A stretch of 64,000 nt of DNA from an uncultured Gemmatimonadaceae bacterium (GTDB lineage Bacteria > Gemmatimonadota > Gemmatimonadetes > Gemmatimonadales > Gemmatimonadaceae): contig CAWAGQ010000013.1 in the NCBI GenBank assembly GCA_963781585.1, positions 320,001 through 384,000 of the forward strand, given 5' to 3'. The stretch's first letter is position 1, and the number at the start of each line of letters is the position of its first letter. Shown one piece after another: positions 18,302-26,835 of the stretch. The translations under genes and the position numbers were made by a program. The notes under the pieces are model-generated. The model was not told the DNA's origin. It saw only the letters and a program-made list of their open reading frames with translations, and did not search any database.

Positions 18302-19645
18302 ATGAGCCTCTTGATTGGCTTCGTTCTCTCTGCGGTTCTCCTTCTCACCGCCGCCTGCTCGCCCGGAGAGGCGCCCGCTCGGCGGACTGCGATCACCGCG
18401 GCCGCAACAGGTGCCTCTCCCGCCGGCACGGCCAGCCGGACACCGAACCACGTCGCCGTTTCCCTCGTTGAGCCATCGGCGTTTTCCGGGGCCAGCGCTC
18501 GCCGGTACGTCGATCAACTGGCAGGGAGCATCGGTGCGCGGCCCGCCGGGAGCGATCAGGAGCGGACCGCCGCCGCGTATCTGGCCGCGCAATTGACGAA
18601 CTGGGGGTACCACGTCGAGCAGCAGCCCTTCTCGTTCACGACTGTAGTAGACCACTCCGTGCTGCAGGTCCTTACCGGCGGTCCCAGGCAGGTCCCGGCA
18701 TCGCTGATCACCCGCTCCGCTCAAGGAATGGTTCGCGGTCCGCTGGTCGACGGCGGGTTGGGGAATACCCTGACGCTCGGCAGCGTTGGCGGACGCGTGG
18801 CACTCCTGGAGCGCGGCCAATTCACCATCGAGGAAAAAGTCAGCAGCGCGGCTCGCGCGGGTGCAATCGCGGTGCTGATCTTCAACAACAAGCCCGGCAG
18901 GTTCGGCGGGGCGGTGCCGAATCCGTCGACCATACCGGGGCTGACCATCTCACGTGAGGACGGGCTGCGGCTGCGTCAGGCCCTCAGCACTGGCGGCGTC
19001 CAGGTGGAGGTGCGGGCGAGCGCGGAGGTCATCACTCTCCAGAGTCAAAACGTCGTGGCGCAGGCCGGTCGAGAGTGCGCTGTGATCGTCGGCGGACACT
19101 ACGACACATTGGCCGGAGTCGCCGGTGCCAATGACAACGCCTCCGGGACCGGCGTAACGCTGGAAGCAGCGCGGGTCCTGGCTCCCCTGGCCGCCGCGGG
19201 GAAGCTCTGCTTCGTGGCGTTTGGGGCCGAGGAGACAGGCACAAACGGGAGCCAAGCGTTTGTGGCCAAGCTGGATGCCGGCCAGCGCTCGGCGATTCTG
19301 GGGATGATAAACCTCGACATGGTCGGCGTGGGCACGAGCTGGCTCGACGTGGTTGGCTTACGGACGAGCTGGAAAATCTTCGGCGATGCCGGTCTGGCGG
19401 GCATGGCGCGTGACGCCGCGAACCGGGCGAGCGTGCGGACGAGGCTCGACACCACACGGGGTGCAGGGGGAAGCGATCATCTGAGCTTCACCCGCGTGGG
19501 GATCCCTGCCGTGTTCATCCACCTTAACAACGACGCGATGTATCACACGCCACGGGACACGCGGGACCGCGTGGACCCAGCCAACCTGGAGTCGGCGGGA
19601 AGGATCGTCGTGATCCTGGCGCAGAACCTGATGAAGAAACGGTGA
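18302..19645 (+). CDS. M28 family aminopeptidase with PA domain (putative lipoprotein)
   Basis: LTAAC lipobox, ALLERG PA motif, GGHYD, GANDNASG, GAEE, NLDMVG, SDH, YHT. Confidence 0.9.
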   Translation: MSLLIGFVLSAVLLLTAACSPGEAPARRTAITAAATGASPAGTASRTPNHVAVSLVEPSAFSGASARRYVDQLAGSIGARPAGSDQERTAAAYLAAQLTNWGYHVEQQPFSFTTVVDHSVLQVLTGGPRQVPASLITRSAQGMVRGPLVDGGLGNTLTLGSVGGRVALLERGQFTIEEKVSSAARAGAIAVLIFNNKPGRFGGAVPNPSTIPGLTISREDGLRLRQALSTGGVQVEVRASAEVITLQSQNVVAQAGRECAVIVGGHYDTLAGVAGANDNASGTGVTLEAARVLAPLAAAGKLCFVAFGAEETGTNGSQAFVAKLDAGQRSAILGMINLDMVGVGTSWLDVVGLRTSWKIFGDAGLAGMARDAANRASVRTRLDTTRGAGGSDHLSFTRVGIPAVFIHLNNDAMYHTPRDTRDRVDPANLESAGRIVVILAQNLMKKR

Positions 19646-19697
19646 CGAATCACTCGCCGCGAGGGCGCAAGGGGATGAGGCCAGTCTCTTGACGTCA

Positions 19698-19752
19698 TCG
19701 AGGAGTTGTGCACTCCCGACCCGGCCACGCAGCAGAACCCTGATCGTTGGGC
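19698..19752 (+). other. Half attC site (terminal hairpin, L' and R' only)
   Basis: GGAGT/ACTCC hairpin, then CGCAGCAGAA (same as the attC1 right arm) and GTTGGGC; left arm and R'' not recognisable. Confidence 0.65.
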
Positions 19753-19784
19753 TGCACTCGACGCACTGGTGGGCGGCCCGAGCG

Positions 19785-19803
19785 GTGATTACTTTGTAAT
19801 CAC
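19785..19803. promoter_or_regulatory. TA operator palindrome
   Basis: GTGATTAC-TTT-GTAATCAC immediately before RBS GGAGG and the antitoxin start. Confidence 0.8.
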
Positions 19804-19814
19804 GGAGGCTCGCT

Positions 19815-20066
19815 GTGAAGACCCGCATCGTCCGTATCGGTAACTCACAAGGCGTCCGGCTGCCGCGCCCGCTCCTCGAACAGGCCGGCCTCGGCGAGGA
19901 TGTCGTGCTGCGCGCGACGCCGGGGCGCATTGTCATTGAGGCCGCCCGCGAGCCCCGCGCGGGGTGGGATGACGCGGCACGGGCCATGCACGCTGCCGGC
20001 GAGGATGCCCTCCTTGATGCCGCGAACGCGACGCAGTTCGATCGAGACGAGTGGGAGTGGCGGTAA
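19815..20066 (+). CDS. mazE: AbrB/MazE family antitoxin
   Basis: KTRIVRIGNSQGVRLPRPLL...PRAGW...EWEW. Confidence 0.92.
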   Translation: MKTRIVRIGNSQGVRLPRPLLEQAGLGEDVVLRATPGRIVIEAAREPRAGWDDAARAMHAAGEDALLDAANATQFDRDEWEWR

Positions 20067-20386
20067 GTCCGAAGCGGGGGGACGTCGTGTTGGTCCAACT
20101 CGATCCCACGCGGGGCAGGGAGATTCGCAAGACGCGACCATGTGTCGTGATCTCGCCCGACGAATTGAATCGGCATCTGCGCACGGTCATCGTCGCGCCC
20201 ATGACCACGGGCGGCCATACGTACCCGTGGCGCGTCGCCTGCCGGTTTCAGAAACGCGACGGCTTCATTGTCCTCGATCAAGTCCGGACCGTTGATCGCG
20301 AGCGCCTGGTGCGCAAGCTCGGGCGCCTCGCCCCACCGGCGGTCGCTGCAACCCTGGCCCTACTCCACGAATTGTTCACCCCCTAG
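20051..20386 (+). CDS. mazF: PemK/MazF family toxin
   Basis: RGDVVLVQLDPTRGREIRKTRPCVVISPDELN...DQVRTVDRERL. Confidence 0.93.
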   Translation: MGVAVSPKRGDVVLVQLDPTRGREIRKTRPCVVISPDELNRHLRTVIVAPMTTGGHTYPWRVACRFQKRDGFIVLDQVRTVDRERLVRKLGRLAPPAVAATLALLHELFTP

Positions 20387-20402
20387 TCCGCGCACCCGTG
20401 CA

Positions 20403-20496
20403 GTCCAACATTGCTTGCAGTTGGCAGCCGATCAGTGGGATGCGCGCTATGCTCGCGCGCGTTTGATTCGGCTGCAGTTGAAGCTGGGCGTTAGGC
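20403..20496 (+). other. Integron attC site 4
   Basis: GTCCAAC ... GTTAGGC; arms TT[G]CAGTTG[G]CAGCCGA / TCGGCTGCAGTTGAA; GTGCAGTCCAAC complements the cassette start GTTGGGCTGCAC at 19746 (11/12). Confidence 0.88.
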
Positions 20497-20532
20497 CGCC
20501 TGACATCCTGTTGCCTTGCGAAGGAGGTTCTC

Positions 20533-21129
20533 GTGCGAATCGACCCGAGCCACGCCGCTATGACCGAATCTGAAGTGAACCGGCGGGACTTCGTCTTTGG
20601 TGCGGCGAGTGCCGCGGTGAGCGCCTGGCTGGCCACACACGGCGCCGAGTTGCACGCCACGGCAGCCTACGCTGCATCCGCCACCTCTCAGCAACCGTAC
20701 GAGTTCTTCACTGCCGATGAGGCGCGCGAGTTCGACGCGATCAGCGCGCAAATCGTGCCAACGGACGACACGCCGGGCGCGCGCGAGGCACACGTGGTCC
20801 GCTTTCTCGACCACTACCTGGCCACTGTCTTCTCGAACGGCCAGTCCGACTTCCGGAAAAGCTTGACGCAGCTCAGCGACGCGGTCGCGGCCAGCGGGGC
20901 GGGACACCGCTCATTCGCGACGTTGAGCGACGCTGACCAGATCGCGCTCCTCCTCAACTTCGAAAAGAGCAATCGGGCGTCGTTCAATGTGTTTCGGGGG
21001 GCCACTATGACCGGCATGTTTTCGGACCCGGTGCACGGCGGCAATTTCAGGAAGGTGGGCTGGAAGCTGAACGGATACGAGGACCGCTACTCCTGGACCC
21101 CACCCTTCGGGTACTACGACCGTGTCTGA
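20533..21129 (+). CDS. Gluconate 2-dehydrogenase subunit 3 family protein (Tat signal)
   Basis: NRRDF twin-arginine motif, IVPTDDTPGA, FSDPVHGGN...GWKL; RBS AAGGAGG. Confidence 0.9.
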   Translation: MRIDPSHAAMTESEVNRRDFVFGAASAAVSAWLATHGAELHATAAYAASATSQQPYEFFTADEAREFDAISAQIVPTDDTPGAREAHVVRFLDHYLATVFSNGQSDFRKSLTQLSDAVAASGAGHRSFATLSDADQIALLLNFEKSNRASFNVFRGATMTGMFSDPVHGGNFRKVGWKLNGYEDRYSWTPPFGYYDRV

Positions 21130-22795
21130 TCAGACACGCGGCGACGCCGCGGCGGCCTTGCCGCCCATGAAGACCTATCGGCCAAGCGACGAGGTGGATT
21201 TCGTCATCGTCGGCTCCGGTGCGGCCGGCGGCGTCATGGCCCATGAGCTCGCCCGATCCGGCTTTTCCGTCGTCGTGCTCGAGCAGGGCCCCTGGCTCAC
21301 CGAGAAGGATTTCAGCCACGACAGCGACTATGTTCCCCCCGAGAAGCAGCTCAGCTACCGCCCGCCGACGACCCGCCGGGCCAACGAGGGCGAGAAGGCC
21401 GAGCTGGGCAATCACATCGACTACGGACGTCTCGTCGGCGGCGGTACGGTCCACTTCACCGCCAACTACTGGCGCCAACCGGAGATCGAGTTCGAGCAGG
21501 CGACACGACTCGGCGTCCCTGACGGCTCGAGCGTTGCCGATTGGCCGATCAGCTACCGGGAGCTCGAGCCGTACTACACCAGGGTCGAGTGGGAAATTGG
21601 AGTCTCCGGCAAGGCTGGAAACCCCTTTGAACCGTGGCGAAGCAAGGGATACCCCCTTCCGCCGCTCCCGATCAAGTCAGAAGGCGTGCTGTGCGAGCGC
21701 GGCGCGAAGAAGCTCGGCTGGCACGCCTGGCCGGCGCCAATGGCGATCCTCTCGCGTCCGTATCGCGGTCGTTCAGCCTGCGTGGCGTGTGGCATGTGCG
21801 CGGGTTACGGCTGCGAGGTGCGGGCCAAGTCGAGCACACTGGTGGCGATGATTCCCGGCGCCGTGGCCACCAAGCGGTGCGAGATCAGGCCCAACAGCTA
21901 TGTCCGCAAGGTCGAGTCGGGATCGAACGGCCGGGTTACCGGCGTCACCTATTTCGACGCGAGAAGGCGGGAAATCTTCCAGCGCGCGAAAGCGGTCGTG
22001 CTGTCGGCCAACGGCGTCGAAACGCCCAGGTTGCTGCTGCTCTCCGCGAGCGGTGCCTCTCCGGCCGGGCTCGCCAACTCGAGTGGGCAGGTCGGACGCA
22101 ATCTGATGAACAATCCGGGGACCGGCTCGGTCGCCCTGTTCGAGCATGAGGTCAACAGCTGGAAGGGCGTCAACACCTCCCGCGTGGTCTGGGATTTCTT
22201 CGAGACCCCAAGGGCACTGGGTCTTTACGGTGGCGGCGGGATCGACATGCGAAAAGCCAGCAGCGGGAGAAGCGGCGGTGGCTGGCCCGGCGAGCCAACC
22301 TGGGGACGCGAGTGGAAACGACGGGCACGGGCTTACGCCTGTAACAGGGCAGCGACCAACTCCCATCAATCGATGCTTCCGGTGGTGAGCAATCGGGTTG
22401 ACCTCGATCCGGAGGCGAAGGACGCCTGGGGACTTCCGGTGCCGCGCATTACTTCCACCGATCACCCGCTGGACGTCAAGCTGAAGCAGTTCTTCGCCGA
22501 TCGCGCGCGCGACCTGTTGGAAGCGGCTGGTCCGGAACAGATCTCCGATCCCCAGGTCGCGCGTCCCGCAGGAGGTGGTGGTGAGCATCTGCTCGGCACC
22601 TGCCGGATGGGCAACGATCCCGGGACTTCGGTCATCAACGCGGACCACCGCGCACACGACGTGCCCAACCTCTTCCTGGTCGACGGGAGCAGCTTCGTTA
22701 CCTCGGGTCGCGGTCAGCCGACGATGACCATCCAGGCGCTCGCGTTCCGCGCTTCGGATCGCATCGTCCATTTGGCGAGGACACGCGGCATCTAG
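21122..22795 (+). CDS. GMC family oxidoreductase
   Basis: VGSGAAGG, VGGGT, CxxCGxC, HLLGTCRMG, PTMTIQALA. Confidence 0.93.
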   Translation: MSDQTRGDAAAALPPMKTYRPSDEVDFVIVGSGAAGGVMAHELARSGFSVVVLEQGPWLTEKDFSHDSDYVPPEKQLSYRPPTTRRANEGEKAELGNHIDYGRLVGGGTVHFTANYWRQPEIEFEQATRLGVPDGSSVADWPISYRELEPYYTRVEWEIGVSGKAGNPFEPWRSKGYPLPPLPIKSEGVLCERGAKKLGWHAWPAPMAILSRPYRGRSACVACGMCAGYGCEVRAKSSTLVAMIPGAVATKRCEIRPNSYVRKVESGSNGRVTGVTYFDARRREIFQRAKAVVLSANGVETPRLLLLSASGASPAGLANSSGQVGRNLMNNPGTGSVALFEHEVNSWKGVNTSRVVWDFFETPRALGLYGGGGIDMRKASSGRSGGGWPGEPTWGREWKRRARAYACNRAATNSHQSMLPVVSNRVDLDPEAKDAWGLPVPRITSTDHPLDVKLKQFFADRARDLLEAAGPEQISDPQVARPAGGGGEHLLGTCRMGNDPGTSVINADHRAHDVPNLFLVDGSSFVTSGRGQPTMTIQALAFRASDRIVHLARTRGI

Positions 22796-22816
22796 CACAC
22801 TCTTCGCGATCAAGAT

Positions 22817-22996
22817 TGAACAGCCGGAGACATTGGTAACATCGTCAGGTCTCCGATCGGACGGGTTTCGCGCGAAGGTGCACACCGAAGACGTGGCCTT
22901 CGCATTCGTTCAGCTGTCCCAGCAGGTGGGTGTAGCAGTACAGGGCCCAGAGCCCATCGGCAGCCTCCTCGAAGCCGACATCTTCTCTGGGACCCT
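22817..22996 (-). mobile_element. Probable IS481-family remnant (transposase C-terminus and end motif)
   Basis: EDVGFEEAADGLWALY...LLGQLNE fragment followed by TGTTACCAATGTCTCCGGCTGTTCA on the minus strand. Confidence 0.5.
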
Positions 22997-23898
22997 CACG
23001 CTCCACGCCCGGTGAGCACGGACGACAGATTGTTGCTGGCCGCGAGCTCGCTGATGCGGCCCTGGACACGCGGGTAGATCGTGTTCGCCTCGGACTGGAA
23101 GCGCGCGAACAGGGCGCGCAGGTCCTGACTGCTCAGCCGCCGGCCCTGCGCATAGTATTGGTCGGTCGCCTTGCCGAGCGCGTAGGTGGTCGCGAACGTC
23201 ACGGCCGCTCCGGCAGCCAGGCCAGCGGTACTGCCTAACAAGCCGCCCAGCAGCCCGCGCCCCACGCCGCGCGCGAATCCGCGGATGACTCCTTCCACCA
23301 CGTGACCGGCGGCACCGATGCCGAACACCGCCGCCAGATCCTTGACCTGCGCCATGTCGAGCTGCTGTCCGTGACGCTGGCCGATGCTGTACGCCATCCG
23401 CAGCTGCAGCGGCAGGATCGCCATGCCGGAGAGGCTGCCCGGGAGGATCGAACAGGCAGCGGTCAGCATGGACTGGTCGAGGATGAACGCGTCGAGATCC
23501 GTAGACGGAGGCCCAGCGCCTTGTCCCGTGGAGGAGGAGGCGGCGGCTGCCCCCATCGCGGCAGTCGCCTCTGGTGAGGCAGCAGTACCACCCAGTGCAC
23601 GCGAGAGCTCCGCGAGAAAGGCGGACTCGCCCGCGTTGGGGATTCCGTCGGCATGGCAGACGGCGGCCGCGGCATCATACGCTGCCAGACGCGCTTCGTC
23701 GCTGGAGAGGGTGGCAGCGAGCGCTTGCAGGTCGACCTTTCCCCCGGCGGCGCGTTCCAGCAGCGCATCGTCGAGGTTGAAGCCGAGACGGCTGGCCGCG
23801 CCGGCGATGTTGGTGCGCTCGGCGTCCGACTGCTGGCCGTCGGCGGTGGCAGCGAGGGTGGCGATGGCGATGATGGTCTGAGCGTCCTGGGTGTTCAT
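22996..23898 (-). CDS. TerB-like/DUF533 + DUF697-type protein
   Basis: AATADGQQSDAER, VCHADG...E..FL, AILPLQLRMAYSIG, FATTYALG. Confidence 0.75.
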   Translation of the reverse strand: MNTQDAQTIIAIATLAATADGQQSDAERTNIAGAASRLGFNLDDALLERAAGGKVDLQALAATLSSDEARLAAYDAAAAVCHADGIPNAGESAFLAELSRALGGTAASPEATAAMGAAAASSSTGQGAGPPSTDLDAFILDQSMLTAACSILPGSLSGMAILPLQLRMAYSIGQRHGQQLDMAQVKDLAAVFGIGAAGHVVEGVIRGFARGVGRGLLGGLLGSTAGLAAGAAVTFATTYALGKATDQYYAQGRRLSSQDLRALFARFQSEANTIYPRVQGRISELAASNNLSSVLTGRGA

Positions 23899-24106
23899 GG
23901 CAGCGGGTGGGTGAGGAGTCCGGCGGAGGGTCGTGGCTTGGCGTTCGTGAGGGTAGCCCGATGAAACCTAAATTGGCAGGTTGCGCAGCGGATATCCTCG
24001 GCACGCACCTCCATGACGAGGCGAACACGCCGAGCCGACTCGGCCGACCTCCAAACCATAGCCTCCGGCTTGCGATCTAACCCTCAACGTCCGACAGGGA
24101 TCTGCA

Positions 24107-26668
24107 ATGGCTTGGAATGACCGTATTGCCTCAGACGTCAGCGGGGAGTCCGGAAGCCGGCACGGGGAGGGGGACGGCGAGCGCGACAAGAGGGGAAGCA
24201 GGCTGCTCGACGGGTGGAACGACGTCCGATTTGCTCTGCGTTCGCTGCGCCGGCGCGCCGGGTTCACGACCGTCGCCACGATCACGCTCGCACTGGGAAT
24301 CGGGGCAACCACGACGCTCTTCGGAGTGGTGAAACAGGTCCTCCTCACGCCGCTCCCCTACGGCAATCCCGACGGCATCGCCGTGGTGTGGAGTGCGTGG
24401 AAGGGATTCGATCAGACATGGCTGTCCTACGATGAGTGGGAGGGGTGGCGCGCGCGAATTCCGGCGTTTGCCGACATCGGTCTCTGGACGGACGGCTCGG
24501 TCACCTTCGACGATGACGCTCCCGAGCGGATCCGGTCGGCCAACGTCCACGCCAGCGTCTTTCCGATTCTGGGCGTGCAGCCGATGATCGGTCGATCGTT
24601 CACTTCCGAGGAGGACCGTCCCGGCGGGCCGCGGGTCGTGATGCTGGCGTACGGGCTGTGGCAGCGGCGGTTTGGCGCCGATCCCGCCGTCGTCGGTCGC
24701 GACATCCGGATTTCGGGCCGGACAGCGACGGTGGTGGGCGTCATGCCACCCCGATTCCGGCTGCCGCTCGACTTCGGCGCGAACGGCCAGTCCGAAGCCT
24801 GGTTTCCGCTCGCAACCGACGCGGCCGCCGAGGGCGCCGTGCCGGGTCCCGCCTTCCCCAAGGGCGGGTCCAACCACGGATTTTACGCGGTCGCGCGGCT
24901 CGCCCCCGGTGCGAGTGCGGCGATGGCCAACGCGCAGCTGCGGGCGCTGGTCGCCGAGCTGGAGCAGTATGGCTACATGGCCAACGTGGGCTTTCACGCG
25001 TTCGCCGTTCCGATCGCCCAGCAGATTACGGGGCGCGTGCGACCGGTGTTGCTGGTCGTCTTTGCCGCGGTGGGACTGGTGCTGCTGATCTCCTGCGCGA
25101 ACGTCGCGGGGTTGATGCTGGTGCGCGGAGAAGGACGGCGACGGGAGCTTGCGGTGCGGGTCGCGCTCGGCGCGGGCGCTTTCCGCCTGACGAGACTGTT
25201 GCTGGCCGAATCGACGGTCCTCGCCGCGCTGGGTGGGACGTTAGGCGTGGGACTGGCGATCGTCGGCGTGCGGGTGGTTCGGGCGAGCGCTCCGGCGGCA
25301 CTTCCGCGCGTCGGCGAAACGGCGATCGACGGAGGCGTGCTGGGGTTCGCGCTGGGCGTTGCGGCGCTGGCCGCCGTGCTGGCGGGGATCCTTCCCGCGC
25401 TGCAGGCGCGGCAGGTCGCGCCGGCGGGCGAGTTGCGCGAGGGCGGCCGGGGGGCGACCAGCGGCCGGGCACGGCTCCGCTGGCGGCAGTCGCTGGTGGC
25501 TGGCGAAGTGGCCCTGGCCGTGGTCCTGGTCGTTGCGGCCGGACTGATGATCCAGAGCGTGCGCAATCTGCTCACGATCGACGCCGGTTTCCGCCCCGAC
25601 GGCGTGATCACGATGCGTCTGTCGACGCCTTCCACCTGGTATCCGGATTCCATCCGAGTGGCCGGGTTCTGGGACGAGCTGCAGCGGCGCGTGGCTTCGC
25701 TCCCGGGCGTGCAGGCGGTGGGCGCGGTGGGGGGGCTGCCGCTGGCGACCGAGATGGGGGACTGGGGGCTCCGGATCGCCGGATACACGCCACCGCCGAA
25801 TCAGGGGGCTCCGGGCGACTGGCAGGTTGTGACGCCGGGATACTTCGAGGCGATGGGGCTCAAGTTGCGAGAGGGGAGGGTGTTCGACGCGCGTGACGAC
25901 ATGGCCGCCCCGCTGGCGATGGTGGTGAACCAGGCATTCGAGCAGCAGTACTTTGCGGGTCGTCAGGCGCTGGGCGGTCGGGTGCGCGTGAGCGGCAGCG
26001 ACAGCTCCCAGATCTACACGATCGTGGGGGTGGTGGACGACGTGCACCACAACGCCCTGGTGGGCCGGCCCAAGCCGGGGTTCTACGCCACGCTCGGGCA
26101 ATACGCACGGGCGCCGGGGCTGACCCGGCGCAGCATGAGTCTGGTGATCCGGGCGGCCGGAGATCCGGCGACGCTGGTGGCTCCGGTGCGGGCACTGGTC
26201 CGCGAGATCGATCCGCGGCTCCCCATCTCCGAGGTGCGCACGATGCGGGACGTGGTGTACGCGGCGGTGGCGGGGCCGCGGTTCGCGATGGAGCTCCTCG
26301 AGCTGTTCGGCGTGCTGGCGCTGGTTCTGGCGGCGATCGGTATCTACGGGATCGTGTCGCAGGTGGTGGCCTCGCGGGCGCAGGAGTTCGGGATCCGGGC
26401 CGCGTTAGGCGCCTCGCCGCGTGAGTTGATGGCACTGAGCCTGCGAACCGGAATGCGGCAGGCGCTGGGCGGGCTTGTGATCGGCGGGGCGATGGCGCTC
26501 GGGTTCACGCGGCTGATGACGTCGCTGCTGTACGGGGTGCGGCCCTTCGATCCCTGGACGTTCCTGGGTGTCGTGCTGGTGACTGGCGCGGTGGCGGTGG
26601 CAGCCAGCGCGGGCCCGGCGCGGCGGGCGGGACGCACGGATCCGGCGCGGGTGCTCGGCGGGTCCTGA
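24107..26668 (+). CDS. ADOP family duplicated ABC permease
   Basis: DVRFALRSLRR, TLALGIGATT, LLISCANVAGL, EFGIRAALGA; start uncertain. Confidence 0.9.
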   Translation: MAWNDRIASDVSGESGSRHGEGDGERDKRGSRLLDGWNDVRFALRSLRRRAGFTTVATITLALGIGATTTLFGVVKQVLLTPLPYGNPDGIAVVWSAWKGFDQTWLSYDEWEGWRARIPAFADIGLWTDGSVTFDDDAPERIRSANVHASVFPILGVQPMIGRSFTSEEDRPGGPRVVMLAYGLWQRRFGADPAVVGRDIRISGRTATVVGVMPPRFRLPLDFGANGQSEAWFPLATDAAAEGAVPGPAFPKGGSNHGFYAVARLAPGASAAMANAQLRALVAELEQYGYMANVGFHAFAVPIAQQITGRVRPVLLVVFAAVGLVLLISCANVAGLMLVRGEGRRRELAVRVALGAGAFRLTRLLLAESTVLAALGGTLGVGLAIVGVRVVRASAPAALPRVGETAIDGGVLGFALGVAALAAVLAGILPALQARQVAPAGELREGGRGATSGRARLRWRQSLVAGEVALAVVLVVAAGLMIQSVRNLLTIDAGFRPDGVITMRLSTPSTWYPDSIRVAGFWDELQRRVASLPGVQAVGAVGGLPLATEMGDWGLRIAGYTPPPNQGAPGDWQVVTPGYFEAMGLKLREGRVFDARDDMAAPLAMVVNQAFEQQYFAGRQALGGRVRVSGSDSSQIYTIVGVVDDVHHNALVGRPKPGFYATLGQYARAPGLTRRSMSLVIRAAGDPATLVAPVRALVREIDPRLPISEVRTMRDVVYAAVAGPRFAMELLELFGVLALVLAAIGIYGIVSQVVASRAQEFGIRAALGASPRELMALSLRTGMRQALGGLVIGGAMALGFTRLMTSLLYGVRPFDPWTFLGVVLVTGAVAVAASAGPARRAGRTDPARVLGGS

Positions 26669-26835
26669 CCGACCGGCCGCGATCGGGTCAGCGCGCGCGA
26701 CTACGGTGTGGCGACCGTGGTGCCGTGCCGCGCGCGGAGTGATACTTTCTCCGCCAGCAGAACGTGCCGGGTCGGAAGGTAGCCCGGTCCTTCATCTGTC
26801 GCGCAGATCACGCTCCGTTGACCGGGCCGCCCATC

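Noticed and set aside
20491..22800. Gluconate-DH/GMC operon as a further cassette
   Set aside because: It follows attC4 R' but no closing attC was found; more likely flanking chromosome
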